Below, in pieces: positions 29,437 to 39,079 of a DNA stretch of 64,000 nucleotides. Where the stretch lies: the UHGV virus genome UHGV-1374678; one strand, written 5' to 3'. This DNA comes from a virus. The notes under the pieces were generated by a model. The model had not been told where the DNA came from, searched no databases, and saw nothing but the letters and a program-made list of their open reading frames with translations. Made by a program: the position numbers and the translations under genes. Within the stretch, counting starts at the first letter, position 1, and every line of letters starts with the position of its first letter.

Positions 29437-30186
29437 TTGGCAAATAAATTATTAGAATACAAAGGACGCTTCAGATTGCGTGTGCCAATTTGTGAATCAA
29501 CCCATGATTTTGGACGCAAACTAAATGGGAACCTAGAGGATATTGATGTATTTATCGACTGTTTTTACGGAAATAAAATCTTCTGGTATGGAAGAGGAAA
29601 ATACGAGGCGTATATTCCGTCTTTGCAAAGAGGGCATAATATCTTAAAACAATTTTATTATGAAAATATCAACCCCAATAACATAAAAGCCGTTGAAAAT
29701 AAATTAATTAGAGACGATGGAAAGGAACTTGTAAGAATTACTTACAACATCATCGACAACGATTTATACAAAAAACAGTTACGAGATTTCTTTCCGTATA
29801 TCGTAGACACAGATTCAGAAGTAATCTTTCATTTCTTTCAAAAAGATTTCGAAAAAGTAATCCCACTATTAAAACCGAAAACATCTGGTGCAGGAATTTC
29901 GCCATTCAGCACAAAGAATTTGCCAGTACGAGAATATGAAATAAATGCAGACCAATTGATAGAATATAAGGATATAAACGACTCTGTTCCGAAAGAGGAT
30001 AAATTAAAGCTTTCAAAAATTACGGGCGATTTTATACACAATATTATGGCTAAAAAGAGACAGTATAAATCAATCGACATGTCAAAATTAATGAGAAAAC
30101 AGATGTTAAAAGGGAAAGAATTTATTCATCAACAAGGATTTTGGAACGAGTATATTAAGTATTTAAAAAAGAGTTTAAACATTTGA
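29437..30186 (+). CDS. hypothetical protein (TTG start)
   Basis: RBS TTAGGAGAGATAAACA TTG; 249 aa; no motif recognised. Confidence 0.55.
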   Translation: MANKLLEYKGRFRLRVPICESTHDFGRKLNGNLEDIDVFIDCFYGNKIFWYGRGKYEAYIPSLQRGHNILKQFYYENINPNNIKAVENKLIRDDGKELVRITYNIIDNDLYKKQLRDFFPYIVDTDSEVIFHFFQKDFEKVIPLLKPKTSGAGISPFSTKNLPVREYEINADQLIEYKDINDSVPKEDKLKLSKITGDFIHNIMAKKRQYKSIDMSKLMRKQMLKGKEFIHQQGFWNEYIKYLKKSLNI

Positions 30187-30211
30187 TAAACTTGATTGGA
30201 GAGTGTGAAAT

Positions 30212-30553
30212 ATGAAACAATTAAGACTTGATAAAAGATGTACGCCTAAAATTTTGCAAGATTATGGGTTTGTAAAACATGGATTAAATTACAAACTTTC
30301 TATTCCATTGTATGCATATAAGAGAACTCCGGTTATCAGTGTAAATTTTCTCGTTTCAGGAACAAATGATTATATTAGATATGATGTAATAGATAATAAT
30401 TCTGACATGATTTACTCGGCTTATTATGATACAAGTCAAATCAGCGAGAACAAAGTTTTAGACAAAATTAAACGAAAACTTGATGAAGTTTTTGAAGAAA
30501 TGGTAGAGAAAAATATTTTAGAAGAGGAGAACGAAAATGCAGAAGATTGCTAA
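30212..30553 (+). CDS. hypothetical protein
   Basis: RBS TTGGAGAGTGTGAAAT ATG. Confidence 0.55.
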   Translation: MKQLRLDKRCTPKILQDYGFVKHGLNYKLSIPLYAYKRTPVISVNFLVSGTNDYIRYDVIDNNSDMIYSAYYDTSQISENKVLDKIKRKLDEVFEEMVEKNILEEENENAEDC

Positions 30554-31052
30554 ATTTGAAAAAGTAAGTTGGGAGCAGTTTTATAAAGATTGGACAGATA
30601 CATTTCCTTCAATCGGCACACCAGACGAAGCAAAAATTAAACAGATTTATTATGGAATTAATACTCCAAAACGTGCAACGAAAGGATCAGCCGGATATGA
30701 TTTTTATGCACCAATTGAATTTAGTTTGCAGCCTGGTGAGACGATTAAAATTCCTACTGGAATTCGATGCGAGATGAATGAAGATTGGGTTCTTATGTGT
30801 TTTCCACGCAGCGGATTAGGATTTAAGTATCGCATGAAGCTCGATAATTCAGTTGGAATAATTGATAGCGATTACGCTTTCTCTGATAATGAGGGGCATA
30901 TATTTATTAAGTTTACTAATGAAGGTAATAAAAAATTAGAAGTTTTCGAGGGTAATGGTTTTGCACAAGGAATTTTCCTTCAGTATGGAATCACAGAAGA
31001 TGATAATTGTGATGTAATTCGTAATGGTGGTTTTGGATCTACAACAAAATAA
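30537..31052 (+). CDS. dut: dUTP diphosphatase (trimeric dUTPase)
   Basis: Motifs KGSAGYDF, PRSGLGFK, GIIDSDY, RNGGFGST. Confidence 0.9.
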   Translation: MQKIAKFEKVSWEQFYKDWTDTFPSIGTPDEAKIKQIYYGINTPKRATKGSAGYDFYAPIEFSLQPGETIKIPTGIRCEMNEDWVLMCFPRSGLGFKYRMKLDNSVGIIDSDYAFSDNEGHIFIKFTNEGNKKLEVFEGNGFAQGIFLQYGITEDDNCDVIRNGGFGSTTK

Positions 31053-31067
31053 AGAATAATAAATGGA

Positions 31068-31298
31068 GTGGTTATATTGACAAATACAAATATTATAAAT
31101 AATTGTGATGAGATACTTACAGTTAAAGAAGTTTCACAATATTTAAAAGTGAACGTTCACAAAGTTTACGAGTTAATTAATGATGGATTATTACCAGCTT
31201 TTAAACTTGGTAGCTTGAAAGTAAGTAGAAAATCATTAGAAGAATTCGTAAAATCATGTGAAAATGATTTTTTCTATCCGATGAATAATATACGTTAA
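31068..31298 (+). CDS. xis: excisionase-family DNA-binding protein (MerR-like HTH), GTG start
   Basis: LTVKEVSQYLKVNVHKVYELINDGLLPAFKLGS matches the Xis/HTH_17 pattern; sits next to attP and the integrase. Confidence 0.7.
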   Translation: MVILTNTNIINNCDEILTVKEVSQYLKVNVHKVYELINDGLLPAFKLGSLKVSRKSLEEFVKSCENDFFYPMNNIR

Positions 31299-31319
31299 TC
31301 ATGTATAAATATTTACGAA

Positions 31320-31725
31320 ACATAAAAGTTTACGGTTGCCCACATTTTGCCCACCGTGGGCAAACCATGAAAAAACACGTATATGCATAATGTAACATAA
31401 AATGGCACGAACCATTTGTGTATAGAATGTATTTTTGTTAGAATTAGACAAAGGAAAGCATAATAAAGCACAGTATGACAAATGCCACACCAATGGGTAA
31501 CAACCCGATGGTTGGTATGACTGTAGCCGTTGCAGTAGCTGTAGAGGAAGCTGCTAAGGCTGGTAAGTTCTAAAAATAGACAAAAATAGTCAAATATAAC
31601 CAAAAAAATTAGGAGGTATTCACAAATAATTGTGTTTACCTCCTTTTTTATTCCATTGCCCACAAATCATACACGGTGCTTTGCCCACACTTTGCCCACA
31701 CAAAAACTAACTTGTGGGCAAAATA
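31320..31725. promoter_or_regulatory. attP-like region: repeated TTGCCCACA arm-type sites (direct and inverted) flanking a GC-rich host-like core
   Basis: TTGCCCACA at 31325, 31336, 31657, 31681 and 31692; inverted copies GTGGGCAA at about 31344 and 31713. A 50%-GC stretch at 31475..31573 lies in otherwise 30%-GC DNA, between xis and int. Confidence 0.5.
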
Positions 31726-31751
31726 TAGATGGCTATATTATCATAAATTGA

Positions 31752-33038
31752 TTATTTTTTATAAATATTCATTAATACATCTAGTCCCTCTTTTGACATA
31801 GTATCTGTCAGATGATCTGTATATACTTTCGTAGTATCAATCTTTACATGCCCAAGTCTGTCTTTGATATACAAGAAAGGTGCTTTTTGTTCCAACAACA
31901 TTGTAGCATGAGTATGTCTTAAAGAATGAAAATCAAATTCTTTAAAATCTAATTGTTTGTGAATTACAGAAGAAACATGTTGCATTGTTCTAGGAGAAAC
32001 ATATTCACCAGACTCTCTTCTGTTTACAAAATCTACTTTAAATTCTGTCTCATCTAATCCAATTGGGTTTATTTCCATATCTATATCATGATTTTTTTCT
32101 AGTGGATTATAGATGCTATAATAGTTATAATATCTTTTACCATAATATTCTTTTGCTTTAATTTGTTTCTCTTTTTCTTCAATTAAATCAGCCAATAACT
32201 CGTCATCTAAATCAATTGTTCTGTAGCTGTCATACTTAGGAGTTGAGAAATACCAATACCCACCGCCAGTTTCTTTCGTGCCATTTTGTTTTAATTTATC
32301 TTCTTTTGTTCTGTTCTTATTTGACATCCATTGCACTTGCCTATTTACAGTTAATGTTTTATCTTTAAAGTCTATATCTTCCCAAACAAGTCCAAATGTT
32401 TCGCCTAATCTTAAACCACAATGATATGCAATCATCAATGGAATATAAGCAGAAGATCCCTTTGGAAATCTATCAAATATCTTTTCCATCATTTCCTTTG
32501 GAATAAAAACATGACTATCAATTCTTGACTTTACTTCTGTTCTTTTTGGAATTTTTAATTTATAAGCAGGAGATGATTTTATTATTTTGTTCATCTCACC
32601 CCAATCAAATATAGAGTTAATTAGTCCTTTAACGCTAGTAAGCGTATTCTTTGAAAATCCTTTGTTAGCCATGTCGGTTATTAATTCTTGCAATTGTAAT
32701 CTTGTAACAGATTTAGCCATATATTTGCCAATTACAGGCTTTATATAGAGTCTTATTTTCTTTTCATATCCATCAATTGTTTGTGCTTGCAAATCAGTTT
32801 TTCCATACTCTTCGAGCCATTTATCACATAAATCTGATACTGACATTTCAGATGGAACAACAACTTCTCCACAGTTTTCATATTGTTCAAGTGCTTCACG
32901 TCCGGCTTTGAGAGCTTCTGCTTTTGTTTTAAAACCACTCTTTGATTTCTGTTGTCTTTTTCCATTAATCGAAGCAAGAGTTATTCTATATTCCCAACTT
33001 GCACCAGATGGTCTTTTTCTTGCACTAACATCTCCCAT
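31752..33038 (-). CDS. int: tyrosine-type site-specific integrase
   Basis: C-terminal catalytic region HSLRHTHATMLLEQ...LGHVKIDTTKVYTDH (R..H..R..Y). Confidence 0.9.
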   Translation of the reverse strand: MGDVSARKRPSGASWEYRITLASINGKRQQKSKSGFKTKAEALKAGREALEQYENCGEVVVPSEMSVSDLCDKWLEEYGKTDLQAQTIDGYEKKIRLYIKPVIGKYMAKSVTRLQLQELITDMANKGFSKNTLTSVKGLINSIFDWGEMNKIIKSSPAYKLKIPKRTEVKSRIDSHVFIPKEMMEKIFDRFPKGSSAYIPLMIAYHCGLRLGETFGLVWEDIDFKDKTLTVNRQVQWMSNKNRTKEDKLKQNGTKETGGGYWYFSTPKYDSYRTIDLDDELLADLIEEKEKQIKAKEYYGKRYYNYYSIYNPLEKNHDIDMEINPIGLDETEFKVDFVNRRESGEYVSPRTMQHVSSVIHKQLDFKEFDFHSLRHTHATMLLEQKAPFLYIKDRLGHVKIDTTKVYTDHLTDTMSKEGLDVLMNIYKK

Positions 33039-33142
33039 AAAAATCCCTCCATTTATTTAATTTGTATTATCCAAGTAATCTCAAGGCAGTATTATATAAT
33101 AACATGTAAAACCATCGGGTTCAACTCTTATTACAAAAATCG

Positions 33143-33188
33143 TAAAAAAATGGGGAATAGAAGAGTATTAAATCTCAACTATTCCCCA
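33143..33188 (-). terminator. rho-independent terminator downstream of the endolysin gene
   Basis: GGGGAATAG-N17-CTATTCCCC, followed on the - strand by a TTTTTTTAC run. Confidence 0.6.
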
Positions 33189-33207
33189 TAATATTATTTA
33201 CAGAAAA

Positions 33208-34227
33208 TTAATTTGGACAAATCTGGAATCTATCCATTGATCTTCCGAAAGCTCCAGCATAACCATCCATGCCATTACCTTTCTCATTATCATACTGCCA
33301 TGAGTAGTAATCTTTGCCAATTACGGCAACTCTGTATTTAGCTTTCTTATATCCATACTTATTTGCATAAGCAGACGGTGTATTGTAATATACTTCAATC
33401 GCATCAATCTCTTTTCCATTTCCTGCATATCCATTATTCCCGTCAGAGACATTATATCCTGTTACATAAGGCAACCATTTTCCACCTTTAATATGAACAC
33501 GATATTTGACAGACCCTTTGTCAACTCCAATAGCAATATCTGTAATAGCCTTGCCTCTTACACCTGCATAATCTGCGAGGTTGTGCACTTCAGGATACCA
33601 TTTTCCACCAGCACGAACTTTATATTTAAATGTAATTGTTGGTTTTGAAACAGAAGTGGAATTTGAAGAACCAGAAGATGACTGTGAACCTGAAGACTGA
33701 GATGGAGTAGGGGTAGTTGCCACTGTACCACTTACTATATCTTTTTTAAACTGATTCCAAATAGAAGAGTCGCATCCGTTTGCTCCCCATCCGTTCCATC
33801 CTGGGCAACATTTAGAACATACATCCCAATGACGAACAACATGGTTTGCATCAATTTCATATTTTTTCATCAAGCTTTTTGTAAGCTCTACAGTATTTCT
33901 ATATGTAGCGTCTGCAATCTTTCCGCCAGTAGAACACATTTCAATACTAATAGAATTGTTATTTGTGCATTTGCCGAATAAATTATTTGATCCATAATTG
34001 CGACCAACAGCCCAAGCTGTATTTTCGTCTTTAACGACCTGTACTACAGTTGTTTCATCTACAAAATAATGGGCAGATGCTCCACGATTTGTATTTTTAA
34101 AATAGTTGGCATTACTCGTAGATTTATCGTTCTGATTTCCTGTGTAGTGAATGACAATATATTTTCTTCCGGAATTACCTTTTGAGTAATTAACGGTTGT
34201 AAGATTTTGAATAAAATTATATGACAT
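33208..34227 (-). CDS. endolysin: N-acetylmuramoyl-L-alanine amidase (Amidase_2/PGRP) with C-terminal repeated cell-wall-binding modules
   Basis: IVIHYTGN...SAHYFVD amidase_2 motifs; S/G/T linker; repeated GGKW(L/Y)P modules. Confidence 0.85.
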   Translation of the reverse strand: MSYNFIQNLTTVNYSKGNSGRKYIVIHYTGNQNDKSTSNANYFKNTNRGASAHYFVDETTVVQVVKDENTAWAVGRNYGSNNLFGKCTNNNSISIEMCSTGGKIADATYRNTVELTKSLMKKYEIDANHVVRHWDVCSKCCPGWNGWGANGCDSSIWNQFKKDIVSGTVATTPTPSQSSGSQSSSGSSNSTSVSKPTITFKYKVRAGGKWYPEVHNLADYAGVRGKAITDIAIGVDKGSVKYRVHIKGGKWLPYVTGYNVSDGNNGYAGNGKEIDAIEVYYNTPSAYANKYGYKKAKYRVAVIGKDYYSWQYDNEKGNGMDGYAGAFGRSMDRFQICPN

Positions 34228-34256
34228 AAAACTCCTCCTTTTAACACATAAAAAAT

Positions 34257-34304
34257 AAAAGCAAGCGTAAATACTCGAAAAAAGTATTAATTAGCTTGCT
34301 TTTT
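34257..34304. terminator. bidirectional terminator-like hairpin between the tail-fibre genes and the endolysin
   Basis: AAAAGCAAGC-N27-GCTTGCTTTT with T runs on both strands. Confidence 0.5.
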
Positions 34305-34369
34305 GGAACTTATCCTCTTTATTTTTTGTTTGAATTGCTACTTTTGTGAGATTTCTATTTTTCAAATAC

Positions 34370-34816
34370 TCAATCAACAATCCATACAACATTCCCACCA
34401 ATATAACTTCCAGTAATTGAGGTGGCTACATTTGCACCATAAAAAAGACCAACTTTCCCGGTGCCAGACGAAGTTGGTGTAACTGAAATAAAATAATCTC
34501 CTCGTGTTTGTCCTCTAACAAAAGCTGAGGCAAATGTATAATTAGACGGTCTATCTTTCTCTTCGAGGTTTACAATGGTTCCATTGCTAGATGATGATGC
34601 ATCGACGATATGTAAAATCCTCAACTTTCCCAACCTTTGTAATCTTACACCAGATGCCAAAGTGACAAGTTCTGGCTCACAGCCATCAACATAATCCTGA
34701 ATAGTTGTACTATTATCTTTTAACATGACATTTTCCGCACTAATAAATATTTTCTGAAATCCATTAGCAATTTTACGAAACAATGGAATAATAATCCCTG
34801 TATTAGTTTGAGCCAT
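34370..34816 (-). CDS. tail-associated hypothetical protein
   Basis: ATGA-coupled to the upstream gene; G/S/T-rich. Confidence 0.55.
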   Translation of the reverse strand: MAQTNTGIIIPLFRKIANGFQKIFISAENVMLKDNSTTIQDYVDGCEPELVTLASGVRLQRLGKLRILHIVDASSSSNGTIVNLEEKDRPSNYTFASAFVRGQTRGDYFISVTPTSSGTGKVGLFYGANVATSITGSYIGGNVVWIVD

Positions 34817-35610
34817 TAAATCACCACCCTGTCCACAGAAATTTTTTTGAAATTTGGATTATCGATAATTCCATATACAGGAATATCGTTTTCAGAATCG
34901 TCAGTTAATGATAATGTCATTGTTTCTGATTCTTGGTTTTTATCAACAATAAACGGTACATTATCCGTTGTTGTTTTATACAACTCTCCGTTGTACACAC
35001 ATTTATATCCTTCGTCTTTTGCAACAAAATTTTGTGTCGCAAGATCAATAAATAAAGGATATATATCTATAAACTTTGTTGCATCATCATCACTTAAATT
35101 CTGAGCAAGAGTAGACACTACATCGTATGACAAATCGTATTTATTAGCCTTTTTCGACAACGAATTAATTCTATCATTAATACTGGCGTTCTCAAGAGTA
35201 ACGGTAATTATTGTCCCATTTTTTGTGATTTTTTCACTTTCTATTTCTGCTGGATGAAAGACCTTCTGAACAACTCTGTTTCCATCTTCGTCTACAATTT
35301 CTTCTCCAGTTTCGGCATCTACTAAGTTCTCTTCAGTAAAATAGCCTTCTTTAATAATAGTATTTTTTTTGATTGTTATTGAGCCATTTTCTGATTGAAT
35401 TGATTTTAATTTCATGTCCAAAGAATAACTTGTTTTTATACTAGTTTCATCGTCATACAGTGTACAGTTTTTAATTATATCGTCCCCAAAGAATACTGCG
35501 ATTGTAGAATAATCCGAATCAAAAAATTTAAAAATACATGATGTTTTTGTCAGATAAAAATCATAATATTCTATTTGATCTGTGTTGTTTAAACTTAAAT
35601 ATTTCGCCAT
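34816..35610 (-). CDS. tail-associated hypothetical protein
   Basis: Sits within the tail-fibre cluster. Confidence 0.55.
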   Translation of the reverse strand: MAKYLSLNNTDQIEYYDFYLTKTSCIFKFFDSDYSTIAVFFGDDIIKNCTLYDDETSIKTSYSLDMKLKSIQSENGSITIKKNTIIKEGYFTEENLVDAETGEEIVDEDGNRVVQKVFHPAEIESEKITKNGTIITVTLENASINDRINSLSKKANKYDLSYDVVSTLAQNLSDDDATKFIDIYPLFIDLATQNFVAKDEGYKCVYNGELYKTTTDNVPFIVDKNQESETMTLSLTDDSENDIPVYGIIDNPNFKKISVDRVVI

Positions 35611-35624
35611 TTTCTCCCTCCTTT

Positions 35625-37493
35625 TTAAGACGAACTTAAGTCAATGGTTGCAATAATTGGACACCAAATGCTATTATCTATTAAATTTTCTGGTTCAATT
35701 TCTTCACTTTCAGTAAAAGTAATTTTCTCCGAAATTGTTTCCAAGACTTTTCTTTGATTGCTTTCAGAATCGGTTACTATAACATCACTTGCAACTATCA
35801 ATTTACAATTACTTGACAAATTGTCCTGATTTGGAATTTCCCCGATTAATACAGTACCATTATCACTAACTGTCATTAAAGGGCTTCCTTGACCAACAGA
35901 GGTAACATATGTAATACTTTGCATTTTATCTGTTATAACAAATTCAAAATCATATGACTTTTGATTATCCAATGTAATGAATAAGGCGTTGGAATATGAA
36001 ATTTTAAAATCATTTCCAGAAGTGGAAACTGAAGGAGATATGGCAGTATAGCTTGACCAGCTTCCATTTTGTGTACGATATCTGTATTTTAATGATTGTA
36101 ATGAATTTCTATTTGAAGAAGTGTAAACTCTAGAAATATATCCATCTACTACAAGACTTGTTTCTTTTTCGAAGTTGTTTATACGGGATAAATTTAAGTC
36201 AATTGATGGATTATGATATAAATAAACCTGAAATGATTTTGAAACTAAGTTGCTAATATTCCCTCTTGAATCAACAGCCTCAATATTTATTTTTACAGTT
36301 CCAGGTTGTGAAAATGATCCAAAGTCTAAAGATAAAGTAGAAGAGGACTCTTCAATCTTTTTTAATATCGTAGTTTTATCCGGATCTGTCACTGATACAT
36401 TGTAATAACTAATTGTTGAACTATTTTGTGGAGTAGCTTTCTGTGATTGCGTCAAAGATACTTTTAGGTTTCCATAATAAGTAATCATAGTAGTGCTGTT
36501 GCCAAGCATAGAAATAGATTTAGAGTCGGTATTAGCAAACGTAAAAGTTGACAAAACTGGATTACTATTTGTTACAAAAGCCTTTCCTAAATATTCATTT
36601 GTATATTCTTTTGAATTTATAGTTGTCCCACATATAATTTTGATTTGACATTCGTTTGAATTTGGCGTATTATCAAACATTGTTGTTTTAAAGTTAGTCA
36701 AATCCCATTCATAAGTTTCTTGTTGTATCTCTTTACACTCATCAATTAAATCCCATTCATCGGATAAGTTTTTTTGATATAGTCTAAGAAATGATTTATT
36801 GTTTGAATAATTTGTAAAAGAAAGAGATAATTTTTCTCCAATATTACATGATATTGAAGAATTGTTTATCGACGCAATCGGTTTTGTTTTAAACGTTTTG
36901 TAGGCACTGTCTTTCCATAACTGACTGTCTTTTCTTTTCACACTAATTTTTATTTTATAATCCTTTCCCGGATCCAACCCGGTTACATCAAAAGACAATC
37001 CAGTTAAATATACCCATTGTTTTCCTTCTATCATATATGCCACACTATCACAAGCTGCATCTGCATTCCACGTAATACGGACACTTGTTTGTGTTATATC
37101 CGATAAGGTATAAGTAGTTATGTTTGCATAACGTCCAATTTTTGTCAGAGCAAAAGAACCAGAAGCCGCAAAGGAAGCAGGGGATATACCAGTATAAAAA
37201 CCTCCTGCACAACTAATAGTTTTACTTCCGTCGCTGTTATGTGGTATCTTGAAACTGTAACTTCCTACAGTCCACCAAGTTCCGGCAGGTGTATTATTCC
37301 AATTAAATGTCAAAGAATGATTTCCTGATGCCGTTCCATTACAATTTATATACCAATATGCACTAGAGCTATGTCCAATCATTGCATAATTAGTACGTCT
37401 TATCTGCATTGTTATTGTTACATTAGAATAGTTTTCTTGTCCTCCGGACACATATGTTTCAGAGCATGTAAGTCTGCTTTCCCAATTTGCCAA
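35625..37493 (-). CDS. putative tail fibre / receptor-binding protein with FN3/Ig-like repeats
   Basis: N/S/T-rich with repeated beta-rich modules; position distal to Tal. Confidence 0.6.
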   Translation of the reverse strand: MANWESRLTCSETYVSGGQENYSNVTITMQIRRTNYAMIGHSSSAYWYINCNGTASGNHSLTFNWNNTPAGTWWTVGSYSFKIPHNSDGSKTISCAGGFYTGISPASFAASGSFALTKIGRYANITTYTLSDITQTSVRITWNADAACDSVAYMIEGKQWVYLTGLSFDVTGLDPGKDYKIKISVKRKDSQLWKDSAYKTFKTKPIASINNSSISCNIGEKLSLSFTNYSNNKSFLRLYQKNLSDEWDLIDECKEIQQETYEWDLTNFKTTMFDNTPNSNECQIKIICGTTINSKEYTNEYLGKAFVTNSNPVLSTFTFANTDSKSISMLGNSTTMITYYGNLKVSLTQSQKATPQNSSTISYYNVSVTDPDKTTILKKIEESSSTLSLDFGSFSQPGTVKINIEAVDSRGNISNLVSKSFQVYLYHNPSIDLNLSRINNFEKETSLVVDGYISRVYTSSNRNSLQSLKYRYRTQNGSWSSYTAISPSVSTSGNDFKISYSNALFITLDNQKSYDFEFVITDKMQSITYVTSVGQGSPLMTVSDNGTVLIGEIPNQDNLSSNCKLIVASDVIVTDSESNQRKVLETISEKITFTESEEIEPENLIDNSIWCPIIATIDLSSS

Positions 37494-37510
37494 TTTATCA
37501 CCTCGTTTCT

Positions 37511-39052
37511 TTATGAATTTCCAGAGCTAGATATGAATACCAAGCTTCCAATCTTCAAATTCCCAAAAGTATAAGTCATTGGTATTTCTTTTATGGTATA
37601 ATGATCTACACCATTTTTTACTTTAAGTCGTGTTAAATACATTAAATCTTTTTCAATACTCATTGCGTTCTCATAAGTTCCACGACCATTATCATATTCG
37701 ATTTTAATCGTATCCCCTGTAAACTGTGTTCGATATCCTTCACTGGCAGATCGAGTAATTGTCATTCCGTCATGCGTTAAAGACATGCTTACTGTCTCTG
37801 TTGCATAAGAGTCATCATATGCACCAATGTTTGCCAATGATACACGCCATCCATTTGCATCAAGAATCTCTTGTGCTTGTTTTTCTACCGCACCTTGGAT
37901 TGAGGTTACTTGTTGAGAAATTTGATCAGAATTTAATTTGATTTCAGATATTTGCTTATTAACCGAATCTGTAAGAGTAGGAATTGTATCATCCTGAATT
38001 TCTTGAGTTGTATTTTCCACGCTTTCAACTCGTTGTGTAATAGAATCAACATCTGTTGCTATACTTGCGTAGTTATTCTCTGCATCCTGAACTTTTTGAG
38101 TAATAGAATCAAGATTTACTTTAATAAAAGACAAGTTCTTATTAACCAGTCCGTCATTTATAAGGTAAGTCTTTCCATCTGAAGTTTCGTCGTATGTACC
38201 ATTTTTTTCGCTATTAAATAATTCGTACCAGTTATTTCCATCTAAAGATACTACAAGTTTATGATTATATGATTTTCCTTCTTTATGGTAAATAGTAATA
38301 TAACCAGTATTTATTGCATTTTCTTCGCCTAGGTCAATCTGGATATAATGCCAGTCAGAATCTGTGGTTGTCACGTTTGTATCCAAATCTTCATCTACAA
38401 AATTTTTAATATCTTCTAACTCAATATCCGACGAAAGAGTGGTTGAGGTCAAACATGCAACATTCTGTTCGCCAGATACAATATTTGTATTATTTGTTAC
38501 AACTTTACACTCGACCCAACAGCTTTCCGTATTATCTGTTGCCAATGCGAGATAATCTCGAATATATCTAATTTTTGCAGGAAGTATATCTTGTTTTGAA
38601 GCAACTGACAATTCAATAAAATCTGCTCTTTGCTCAAAATTTGACTGAATAGAATATAGTTTTTGATCAAAATCTTCTGGAGCAGGAGTCCACGCAGTTG
38701 CAACCGTACCAGTTTCTAATTTCGCATTGTAAAACCAATATTCTCCCGAATTAAATATTAAATCAATATATAAAGACTCATTATCTTCTACAGAAAATTT
38801 TTGAACAAACCTTTTCCATTCAATTTCAGAAGAAAGTTCGAATTCCTGATCTTTAATTTTTAGTGTGATAGAAGATTGATTTTTTGATTTAAGAATAATC
38901 TGATAGACATAATCTCCTGTCAACTTTATTGTATTATTCAATCTTAAAGTTGTTGTTTCTGTACATTCAATATGTCCACAAGTTATTTCTTCCCCAGACA
39001 TTCCGACAATAGAAACTGAATCAAAATTTTTCAAATTATAACCTCCTTCCAT
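37511..39052 (-). CDS. tail fibre protein with discoidin (F5/8 type C)-like carbohydrate-binding domain and coiled-coil repeats
   Basis: SDWHYIQIDLGEE resembles the discoidin motif; repeated SITQKVQDAENN / SITQRVESVENT heptad-like segments. Confidence 0.6.
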   Translation of the reverse strand: MEGGYNLKNFDSVSIVGMSGEEITCGHIECTETTTLRLNNTIKLTGDYVYQIILKSKNQSSITLKIKDQEFELSSEIEWKRFVQKFSVEDNESLYIDLIFNSGEYWFYNAKLETGTVATAWTPAPEDFDQKLYSIQSNFEQRADFIELSVASKQDILPAKIRYIRDYLALATDNTESCWVECKVVTNNTNIVSGEQNVACLTSTTLSSDIELEDIKNFVDEDLDTNVTTTDSDWHYIQIDLGEENAINTGYITIYHKEGKSYNHKLVVSLDGNNWYELFNSEKNGTYDETSDGKTYLINDGLVNKNLSFIKVNLDSITQKVQDAENNYASIATDVDSITQRVESVENTTQEIQDDTIPTLTDSVNKQISEIKLNSDQISQQVTSIQGAVEKQAQEILDANGWRVSLANIGAYDDSYATETVSMSLTHDGMTITRSASEGYRTQFTGDTIKIEYDNGRGTYENAMSIEKDLMYLTRLKVKNGVDHYTIKEIPMTYTFGNLKIGSLVFISSSGNS

Positions 39053-39079
39053 TTTATGTAGAGAGGCAAATATACCTCT

